A stretch of DNA of 24,000 nucleotides, taken from sequence record MN988522.1; one strand, given 5' to 3'. The notes under the pieces are model-generated. The model ran no database searches. It was given only the letters and a program-made list of their open reading frames with translations, and was not told the origin of the DNA. Below are positions 6,916 to 13,911 of this stretch, one piece after another. Each line of letters begins with the position of its first letter. Position 1 is the stretch's first letter. This DNA comes from Rhizobium phage RHph_TM40. The position numbers and the translations under genes are program-made.

Positions 6916-9171
6916 ATGGATCTCAATAAGTTCAAAGTAACTATCGGTGGTAAGTCTGTCAATGTGACCGCATTCACTCCTGACACTACAGCTACCAAGG
7001 CTGCAGGTAAGACTCACCATGTCCTTCTCATCGACCGTTCCGGTTCGATGTACTCCTCGATCAGTTATCTGATTGATCAGGTTCAGAATACAGTTAAGCT
7101 CATCGGTCAAGACGATCTGATTAGCATTCTCTGGTTCTCTGGTCAGGGTAGTAAGGGAGTTATCTGCCAAGGTGTTAAGGGATCTGAGGACATTACTACT
7201 GTTCTCAATAAGTTCCGTAGCGTTCTTGGTACGACATGCTTCTCTGAACCTCTCGCAGAGTCGACTAATGTTGTTGCTATGTACAAGGACGTTGTTGATC
7301 AGTCCGTTATCACTCTCTTCACGGACGGTTGCCCAGTAGTCAGCTGGTCTACTAAGGAAGAGACTGAACGTTGCCACGAGATCATTAAAGATCTCGTTGA
7401 TGATCTCAATGTCTCGGCAGTCAATACCGTAGGTTATGGTAACTACTACAATCGTGATTTCTTGCAGACTCTTTCCGAGGCATCGGATCAGGGGATGTTC
7501 GTTCACAGTAGTAAGATTGAACAATTTACTGACGTCTTCACCTCAGCAGTGGAGGTCGCCAGTGGTCTGGTACTTCAGTCTCTGGACATCGAAGTATCGG
7601 ATGACGACGCTGATATTCTTTACGTAGGTAATGGTACCAGTGGTCTTCACAAGTCTGACCTCAGCATGCGTCGTCTTGACAAGTCTCGTAACCTTGTCTT
7701 CATCGTATCTGAGAATTCCAAGTACGATCTGACGATCAACGGTGTTACGGATCACAAGATTGAGTCCATGACTCAGTCCTCGAATCCTGAATTCGTTGAG
7801 AACTTCCTCTACTCGTATGCAGATTCTCTCTACTATCGTGGAGAACGTCAGAAGGCTCTTGACATTATTGTCAACAATCTTCGCGACAAGCATCTCGCAG
7901 ATCTGATGATGAATGCATTCACCATCGACGAAGTAGCTGATGTTCAGAAAGCTCTGAACATTGCATGTGAGTTCAAGTCTGAACGTTACATCAGTGGTAA
8001 GTGCGGAGTAGGATACCTTCCCAAGAAGGATGCATTCTGCTTGATGGATCTCTTTAATCTGTTCTTCAAGAAGGATGTAACCGCATATTATGTCCCATTC
8101 TCGAAGAATGTTGAGGAGTACCAGCGTATCGGTCGTAAGGTAACCGATGAATTCAATCTGTTCACCAAGTCTCCTGAAGAAGTTATCGTACCACTGAACG
8201 ACTTCGTCTGGAACAAGGACAAGCTGAATCTCTCGATCCGTATTCTGATCCCTGGTACAGTAACTCTCAATCCGAAGGCTGCTAAGACAGTAGGACTTGC
8301 TTCTACCTATCCGTCCAAGATCTATCGTAACCATACGTTTATCAAAGACGGTCAGCTGAATATTAAGACTGCAGAATTCCTTCTGTCGTCTGATGTACTT
8401 GAAGTACTTAATGCGAATAAGATCGGTAACCGTATCCTGTCTACGGATGAGGATGTTGGTGGGATCCTTCTGAATCGAGTAGTAGTCGATCTCACGAAGC
8501 TTCCTGTTATCAATCGTCTTTACATTGATAACTCCGACTCTCTGGATGATCTGAAGGATATTGTCGTCAATATCTCTAAGGCTGAGGCTTCCATCAAGGT
8601 AGCTAAGGATGCACTGGCAACCGTTCTGGCATCGAATGTGAATCTGACGAAGGTCGGAGCATATAAGGGTCTTACGGCTGATCAGATCACCGTACTCGAA
8701 AATCACGGTATCTCCAAGGATGGAGTCTACGGAGGTATCGATAATGTCAAGCCTAAGGCTGCGGATTCAGATAGCTACGAAGTACGTACTCTCGAATTCT
8801 ATCTGAAGGGATTCTCGTCGCTTCCTTCCATCGCTGACTTCAACAAGATGCTCAATGGTGAGAAGAGAGTGAATGCTCCTGGACAAATGATGATCGACTA
8901 TCTGAAGGATCTTGAATTCCGACTGAAGGCCGAGAATCTTAGTCTGAATCAGCCGAATGCAGCTGTTAGAGACTTCCTTAATGAGGAACTCGAAGAGCTT
9001 AAGGCTGGCCTAGCTACTGCTCGTAATCATCTCAATGCTGTCAAGATGGCTAAGGTGCTTACACATGACTTCTTCCATGGTCTAGTTGCTGACGACAAGG
9101 GTAACTACTCTTATGGAGATGAGAATCATACTATGATTCTTCGTAATGACCGTACTGTAGAGTACGTTTAA
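6916..9171 (+). CDS. von Willebrand factor A (VWA) domain protein
   Basis: MIDAS motif 'VLLIDRSGSMYSSI' (DxSxS) and 'VITLFTDGCPV'. RBS GAAAGGA. 751 aa. Confidence 0.88.
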   Translation: MDLNKFKVTIGGKSVNVTAFTPDTTATKAAGKTHHVLLIDRSGSMYSSISYLIDQVQNTVKLIGQDDLISILWFSGQGSKGVICQGVKGSEDITTVLNKFRSVLGTTCFSEPLAESTNVVAMYKDVVDQSVITLFTDGCPVVSWSTKEETERCHEIIKDLVDDLNVSAVNTVGYGNYYNRDFLQTLSEASDQGMFVHSSKIEQFTDVFTSAVEVASGLVLQSLDIEVSDDDADILYVGNGTSGLHKSDLSMRRLDKSRNLVFIVSENSKYDLTINGVTDHKIESMTQSSNPEFVENFLYSYADSLYYRGERQKALDIIVNNLRDKHLADLMMNAFTIDEVADVQKALNIACEFKSERYISGKCGVGYLPKKDAFCLMDLFNLFFKKDVTAYYVPFSKNVEEYQRIGRKVTDEFNLFTKSPEEVIVPLNDFVWNKDKLNLSIRILIPGTVTLNPKAAKTVGLASTYPSKIYRNHTFIKDGQLNIKTAEFLLSSDVLEVLNANKIGNRILSTDEDVGGILLNRVVVDLTKLPVINRLYIDNSDSLDDLKDIVVNISKAEASIKVAKDALATVLASNVNLTKVGAYKGLTADQITVLENHGISKDGVYGGIDNVKPKAADSDSYEVRTLEFYLKGFSSLPSIADFNKMLNGEKRVNAPGQMMIDYLKDLEFRLKAENLSLNQPNAAVRDFLNEELEELKAGLATARNHLNAVKMAKVLTHDFFHGLVADDKGNYSYGDENHTMILRNDRTVEYV

Positions 9172-9176
9172 AATCT

Positions 9177-9226
9177 AGGCTCCATTATTCTTCTCGCAAG
9201 GGATGAGTAATGGAGCCTTTTCTTTT
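9177..9226 (+). terminator. Intrinsic terminator
   Basis: Perfect 11-bp stem aggctccatta (9177-9187) / taatggagcct (9208-9218), then TTTCTTTT. Confidence 0.85.
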
Positions 9227-9244
9227 GTCTTATTGAGAGGTAAT

Positions 9245-9823
9245 ATGCATACCGCTGATCTAGAGAATATGCCATCTCTGGTTCTCAATGCTGATATGTT
9301 ACCCTTATCTTCTTCACCATTAAGCTTGTATCATTGGCACGATACGATCAAGGCAGTGACTGAAAATAAGGCTAGTGTAATAGCTGAGTACGACAGAGTT
9401 ATTCGATCTCCTACATTTGAGATGAAGCTACCATCCGTGATAGCCTTGAACAACTATGTCGGAATCTATACCGAGATTAAATTCACACGTTACAATCTAT
9501 TTCTAAGAGATAAATTCACTTGTCAGTATTGTATGGAGAAGTTTGCTTACAAGAATCTTACGTTTGATCATGTCGTACCTGCATCTAGAGGTGGTAAGAC
9601 AGTTTGGACTAATATTGTAGCAGCATGTCATCCTTGCAATATTAAGAAACGTGATAGAACTCCTGAAGAAGCAGGTTTGCATCTCCATTACAAGCCATAT
9701 GCTCCTAACTATGAGCAGTTTAAACGTTTAGGTCGTCAAGATCCTGGTAAGAATCATTACGGTAATCTCCATAAGACCATTATAGACTGGTTGTACTGGG
9801 ACACAGAATTGGAATCAAAATAA
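9245..9823 (+). CDS. HNH endonuclease-family protein
   Basis: 'RDKFTCQYCMEKFAYKNLTFDHVVPASRGGKTVWTNIVAACHPCNIKKRDRTPEEAG' is a classic CxxC...DHV.P.SRGG...N.V.AC..CN HNH. Start at 9245 chosen because of the upstream GAGAGGT and because the 9203 start lies inside the terminator. Confidence 0.9.
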   Translation: MHTADLENMPSLVLNADMLPLSSSPLSLYHWHDTIKAVTENKASVIAEYDRVIRSPTFEMKLPSVIALNNYVGIYTEIKFTRYNLFLRDKFTCQYCMEKFAYKNLTFDHVVPASRGGKTVWTNIVAACHPCNIKKRDRTPEEAGLHLHYKPYAPNYEQFKRLGRQDPGKNHYGNLHKTIIDWLYWDTELESK

Positions 9824-9825
9824 CA

Positions 9826-10149
9826 ATGGCACACGCCTGTATTCTACTGATCGGCAAGTACAAGAAGTCACTTGTCAATTATCTTGACCAAGATCCTATT
9901 TATTACAGTCAAGTCGAAGAAGGTACTGAGGTCATAGCTCATTACTTCAACGTACATAATGTCATTGATGTTCAGAGACTAGGTGAACTAGTCGGCATCG
10001 ATGATTACAAAGACATGAGTCAGTCCGTAATCAATAAGGCACGGATTGACCATGAGGAGCTCGAAGAATTTGGTAGTCCTGCAAAGGTAAATGGATTTAT
10101 CAAACTCCTTGATAATGGATTTAAACCATATTTTGAGGTGAGCTTCTGA
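9826..10149 (+). CDS. Hypothetical protein (107 aa)
   Basis: ORF in a tightly packed cluster, TGATG overlap with the next gene. Confidence 0.65.
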   Translation: MAHACILLIGKYKKSLVNYLDQDPIYYSQVEEGTEVIAHYFNVHNVIDVQRLGELVGIDDYKDMSQSVINKARIDHEELEEFGSPAKVNGFIKLLDNGFKPYFEVSF

Positions 10150-10376
10150 TGACAAATCCTGACACTCCTGTAACATTTTCCTTTTCTGGTCGACGTCTAT
10201 ATGATATAACGGACGATCAGTTGAAGATTGTCAAAGCATTCAGACAAGTTTTATCTAAAGAACTAAAATTTTGTTCAATGATAGACTGTGCATATGCTTT
10301 GAAAGAATCTAACTGGGATGTTGACAAGGCTAGGGTACTTATGATTGAATTGAGTAGATACAGAGTTGTTCTTTAG
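10149..10376 (+). CDS. Small protein with a possible UBA/EF-Ts N-terminal-like helical motif
   Basis: 'FCSMIDCAYALKESNWDVDKARVLM' resembles the 'GAGMMDCKKAL.EANGD...A' UBA-like segment of EF-Ts. Confidence 0.6.
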   Translation: MTNPDTPVTFSFSGRRLYDITDDQLKIVKAFRQVLSKELKFCSMIDCAYALKESNWDVDKARVLMIELSRYRVVL

Positions 10377-10411
10377 TGTGAGTACAACGGTTCTACTTAA
10401 AGGATGAAAAA

Positions 10412-10822
10412 TTGAAGATCTACACTGTAATTGTCAGCATTATGTTGGCTCTCATCTCTACTTCAGTTTACGGAGGAGAAGTGATAACACGTAAAGTTGG
10501 TTATTCCAGCAGATCGCTCATTGTGAGTGAGGCAGCTAAATACGGAATAAGCAAAGCAGTCATCGAACATGTCGCACGTAAGGAGAGTACATTTAGATGT
10601 ACGACTGGAGGTCGATATAAAGGTCCACTTCAAATCAGCCCAAGGAGCGCTCGTGCTCTAGGGTATCAAGGTAAAGGTGGTCTAGATAATTGCGGAGACG
10701 GTCTGAAATACGGACTGAGACACTTAGCAATCTGTGTTAAGAAAGTAGGTCAGAATCCAAAGAAGGCAGCTTCATGTCATGCGTCCCCAGGTGCGTATGG
10801 TGTGAGAGTAGTATGGAGATAG
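10412..10822 (+). CDS. Exported lytic transglycosylase-like (SLT domain) protein
   Basis: Signal-peptide-like N-terminus MKIYTVIVSIMLALISTSVYG. 'IEHVARKESTF...YKGPLQISPRSARALGY' matches the SLT E-S...GLxQI-type core. TTG start with upstream AAAGGA. Confidence 0.78.
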   Translation: MKIYTVIVSIMLALISTSVYGGEVITRKVGYSSRSLIVSEAAKYGISKAVIEHVARKESTFRCTTGGRYKGPLQISPRSARALGYQGKGGLDNCGDGLKYGLRHLAICVKKVGQNPKKAASCHASPGAYGVRVVWR

Positions 10823-11073
10823 TTCCATCAAAATGGACGGTTTATATCGTAGAGTGTAGAGATAAATCCTTGTATACAGGAATCACTACTGATATAAACC
10901 GTCGTCTACTCCAGCACAATAATGGTACTGGAGCCAAGTATACAAGAAGCAGAAGACCTGTTAGTATCGTTTATACCGAGAAATTACCAGATAGGTCTTC
11001 TGCTCTCAAACGTGAATACGCTATTAAGCAACTATCTCGTAAGGAGAAGTTGCAATTAGTAAATTTTAGATAG
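10813..11073 (+). CDS. GIY-YIG nuclease-fold protein, UPF0213/YhbQ-like
   Basis: 'WTVYIVECRDKSLYTGITTDINRRLLQHNNGTGAKYTRSRRPVSIVYTEKLPDRSSALKREYAIKQLSRKEKLQL' is near-canonical. ATG at 10813 preferred over 10774. Confidence 0.88.
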   Translation: MEIVPSKWTVYIVECRDKSLYTGITTDINRRLLQHNNGTGAKYTRSRRPVSIVYTEKLPDRSSALKREYAIKQLSRKEKLQLVNFR

Positions 11074-11085
11074 GTTCACTTAACG

Positions 11086-11128
11086 TCTCCAAGGGATTCT
11101 TCTTTAGGAAGGGACCTTGGAGATTCTT
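11086..11128 (+). terminator. Hairpin, weak terminator or mRNA structure
   Basis: 9-bp stem tctccaagg (11086-11094) / ccttggaga (11115-11123), followed by TTCTT only. Confidence 0.4.
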
Positions 11129-11141
11129 AGAGGTAATTTAA

Positions 11142-11378
11142 ATGGGCACTAGTGCTCCTGATATTACAATTAGTAATCCCAATATTGATCATACTTACGA
11201 TACGAGTAATCTTCCATTTCTCAGGAAGACTCCTCCTCACGTCCTTGGAGAATCTAAGGACGATTTTCTAAGTAGAATGTCCCTTGCTACTCATGACCGA
11301 GTGAACAACTTAGAGTTCACGATTGTGAGTCGTAGAGATTGGGACCATCTGCTCTACTTAGCAAGTAGATCCATCTAA
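11142..11378 (+). CDS. Hypothetical protein (78 aa)
   Basis: RBS AGAGG upstream of the ATG, complete ORF. Confidence 0.65.
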   Translation: MGTSAPDITISNPNIDHTYDTSNLPFLRKTPPHVLGESKDDFLSRMSLATHDRVNNLEFTIVSRRDWDHLLYLASRSI

Positions 11379-11434
11379 TCCCTTAACAATTTGTCTTAAG
11401 AATCGTCTGCTTTAATGGCAGGTAGGAGAAAGTA

Positions 11435-11680
11435 GTGGCCGAGTATAGTAGCACTGTAACTGCATATGATAGTGCAGGTAGTGAGAAATTATTTAATATC
11501 TTTAAAGATCTTAAAATGGATTTGGATATGCTTAGTGCAATTGTTCAGAATCCTATGAAGATCAAACATACTGAACTTCTTAGATTTAAGAAAGATATGG
11601 ATATCTTTTGTCTAAAGTTTGTAATCCTAAAGGATGAAACTATGGATTTCGTTATGAGTCAACCACCTAGTGATCCTTGA
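11435..11680 (+). CDS. Hypothetical protein (81 aa)
   Basis: GTG start preceded by TAGGAGAAAGTA. Confidence 0.65.
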   Translation: MAEYSSTVTAYDSAGSEKLFNIFKDLKMDLDMLSAIVQNPMKIKHTELLRFKKDMDIFCLKFVILKDETMDFVMSQPPSDP

Positions 11681-11694
11681 TCTTATTGATCTTG

Positions 11695-11753
11695 ATTATC
11701 ATTATAATAATGATAATTATAATAAGAATAGTATAGATAATATTATTCTTATT
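11695..11753. repeat. Pair of AT-rich inverted repeats in intergenic region
   Basis: attatcattat-a-ataatgataat (11695-11717, perfect 11-bp arms) followed by aataagaatagtat-agata-atattattcttatt (11721-11753, 14-bp arms with one G.T). Confidence 0.8.
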
Positions 11754-11817
11754 ATTCTTGTGATCTAGGACTGATTTTACAGATATTCGACTCCTGATTA
11801 AGGACTTATTCCAGTCA

Positions 11818-11843
11818 GCGAAGTAGAGGCCGGAGAGCCTTCC
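11818..11843 (+). promoter_or_regulatory. Copy C of bipartite element GCGAA-N14-GCCTTCC
   Basis: GCGAA 11818-11822, GCCTTCC 11837-11843. Follows a ~180 bp non-coding gap and precedes the topoisomerase-containing cluster. Confidence 0.65.
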
Positions 11844-11863
11844 TTGTTAGACGTCAATTGGTG

Positions 11864-12181
11864 ATGAATATGAAAATAAAACGTATATTTAAATCATTAT
11901 TCTTTAGACGTAAGCATGTGATTGATAAATTAGTTCTCATAGGTAGAGCGTCTGATTATGTAAGTGATCCTTTTATGGTTGGATCATATGCATGGAAGTC
12001 ACTCTATGGTACTTACAAGTTACAAGTTGATTCTGTTGATGTAGCACAAGATAAAGTTGTCTTTTATTCGTACTACATTGATCCTCACGGTAGCGAGTTC
12101 ATTCAAGGTAACTATCGAGTAACAACAATCACTGAAATCGTTCGAAGAGTTAGAAGTTTAAGATTGTTGGTAGATATCTAA
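11864..12181 (+). CDS. Hypothetical protein, basic N-terminus
   Basis: ORF 11858..12181 (TTG). The ATG at 11864 or 11870 is a more likely start. Confidence 0.6.
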   Translation: MNMKIKRIFKSLFFRRKHVIDKLVLIGRASDYVSDPFMVGSYAWKSLYGTYKLQVDSVDVAQDKVVFYSYYIDPHGSEFIQGNYRVTTITEIVRRVRSLRLLVDI

Positions 12182-12369
12182 TGAATCCCTTTATAAAAGT
12201 AGAAACTGTCGATTGTAATTGTGACAAGATTATGTACCTTGTTCAGATATCAGACGGTCAAGAAGTGCATGAAGTACAGATTGAATCTCCTGATTTAATC
12301 CCTGTACTAGGTCGTGGTATTGAGTTATTGAATGCGGCTAGACGTGCAGAGAGTAATGCTAAGACATGA
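12181..12369 (+). CDS. Hypothetical protein (62 aa)
   Basis: TAATG overlap with the previous gene. Complete ORF. Confidence 0.6.
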   Translation: MNPFIKVETVDCNCDKIMYLVQISDGQEVHEVQIESPDLIPVLGRGIELLNAARRAESNAKT

Positions 12370-12384
12370 CAAAGGAGATACGAA

Positions 12385-12585
12385 ATGTCGAGCACCAGGG
12401 CTAAGAAAGAAGACTTGACTCCAGAGCAAATCATGGAGCTAAAGGAGACTCACGTTATCCTTCACGAGGATGATGTTTATATCGAGTTCGTTCCCAATAT
12501 TGTGGAAACGATTATGCTCGATAAGTTTTTCAGTGCAATCAACCCAGAAGAAGAGAATAATGGCGACAACAACCTCACAACCTAG
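12385..12585 (+). CDS. Hypothetical protein (66 aa)
   Basis: ORF preceded by AAAGGAGATACGAA. Overlaps the topoisomerase subunit start by 26 nt. Confidence 0.65.
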   Translation: MSSTRAKKEDLTPEQIMELKETHVILHEDDVYIEFVPNIVETIMLDKFFSAINPEEENNGDNNLTT

Positions 12586-13885
12586 TGCAGCTCCGATCGC
12601 ACAGATTGAAGCTCGTAATCTTATCGAGGCTGATTATCTCGAGTACGGTGCATATGTGAACACGACTCGATCTGTTCCAGGCTATGATGGTCTGAAGTCA
12701 GGTCAACGTCGTGTTCTCTTTGCATTAAGAGATGTAGATGATGGATCTGATGAAATTCCTTCTCTGGAAGTAGTTACTCAGACTCTGAAGAAGTACCATC
12801 CTCACGGTGATGCCTCTATCTACGATACGATGTGTCGACATATCCACAAGGGATTTATCGAAGGTCGTAGTAACTTTGGTACCAATCACTTGATGGAAGA
12901 AATCGGTGCAGCCGCATACCGATATACCTATGTGAAGCCTCATAAGCAATTCACTGATGGTGCGTTTCGATTCATCGATCAGGTACCGACTGTTGAGAAT
13001 GAATATGGTCTCAATGAACCTACGTATCTACCAGTACCGATTCCTCTAGGACTAACAACTGGTGCAAAAGGTATCGGTATTGGTCTTCTCTGCAACATTC
13101 CTGCATTTTCTCCTAAGTCTCTTTTTGATGCACTTATGGCAGATGATCCTTCTCGTCTGAAAGCACCTGCTGGTACTTTCATTGTAAGTGGCGATATGGA
13201 TAAGCTCTGGAAGACAGGTGAAGGCTGGATCCAATATGGTCTCAAGTGCTATCAGACTTGGCATGATCTGGACGGTAAGACCGTATCAGTTATTGAAGGA
13301 TCTGGTCGTATCTTCAAGCCTCGTATTTGGGATACTTTCTCTACATTGATTGAAGATGAGAGTGTTTATACTCGAGACGAATCTGGTGAAAAGATCAAGA
13401 TGATCATCACTCGAGTCAAGGGTCTTAAGCGTATTACTGATGAACAAGTTCACCAGATGGCTCAGCAAGCAGCTGTCGAGAAGATGTTCTTCCGTATCTA
13501 CGTTACTGAGAACAAGGTCGTTTATCGTAAGTCGATGAAGGACTGGATGCAAGAATTGTGGGCTCGTTACGAGAAAGTAGTTGATACTTACAAGACCACT
13601 CAGGTTAACGATTTGAATCATCGAATCAGAATTCTGAATCTAATTCCTGTAGCAGCACCTGGCATTCTTCAGGATCTTCCGATCTCTGAAATTGCTAAGA
13701 CAACTGGAGCTAGTGAGGCTGATCTTCGAGAAGTCGAAGGTAAGTCGATCAAAATGCTCCGTAAGTCAGACTTTGGTGCTCAGATTACTGATCTCAATAA
13801 GAAGATTACCAATGTCCAGAAGATCAGTGCTAAGGCTCTAGCAGTTGACTTCGTTGATATGCTTGAGAAGGCTCAGGCTATCTAA
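12560..13885 (+). CDS. Type II DNA topoisomerase, GyrA/ParC-like (T4 gp52-like) subunit
   Basis: 'VPGYDGLKSGQRRVLFALRD', 'HPHGDASIYDTMCR', 'NFGTNHLMEEIGAAAYRYTYVK' (catalytic Tyr in RYT). 441 aa from ATG 12560. Confidence 0.93.
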   Translation: MATTTSQPSAAPIAQIEARNLIEADYLEYGAYVNTTRSVPGYDGLKSGQRRVLFALRDVDDGSDEIPSLEVVTQTLKKYHPHGDASIYDTMCRHIHKGFIEGRSNFGTNHLMEEIGAAAYRYTYVKPHKQFTDGAFRFIDQVPTVENEYGLNEPTYLPVPIPLGLTTGAKGIGIGLLCNIPAFSPKSLFDALMADDPSRLKAPAGTFIVSGDMDKLWKTGEGWIQYGLKCYQTWHDLDGKTVSVIEGSGRIFKPRIWDTFSTLIEDESVYTRDESGEKIKMIITRVKGLKRITDEQVHQMAQQAAVEKMFFRIYVTENKVVYRKSMKDWMQELWARYEKVVDTYKTTQVNDLNHRIRILNLIPVAAPGILQDLPISEIAKTTGASEADLREVEGKSIKMLRKSDFGAQITDLNKKITNVQKISAKALAVDFVDMLEKAQAI

Positions 13886-13911
13886 ACTCATTTATAAATC
13901 GAGGAGTCAAT

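Noticed and set aside
6886-7524. 212-aa antisense ORF (- strand)
   Set aside because: Same reason: antisense to the VWA start region, no RBS or motif support.
7543-8706. 387-aa antisense ORF (- strand)
   Set aside because: Lies entirely inside the VWA gene. Its Cys/Arg/Ile-rich composition fits a mirror ORF created by the codon bias of the sense gene, with no family motif.
10774-10812. N-terminal extension of the GIY-YIG ORF (MSCVPRCVWCESS)
   Set aside because: It would overlap the transglycosylase gene by about 50 nt, and the conserved domain starts after MEIVPSKW. ATG 10813 preferred.
11761-11857. Possible tRNA or structured RNA ('gatattcgactcctg' looks T-loop-like)
   Set aside because: The flanking bases do not form T, acceptor or anticodon stems. 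No cloverleaf could be drawn.
12470-12559. N-terminal extension of the GyrA/ParC-like ORF (MMFISSSFPILW...)
   Set aside because: Overlaps the 12385-12585 gene in another frame. Homology-like sequence starts after MATTTSQPS at 12560.
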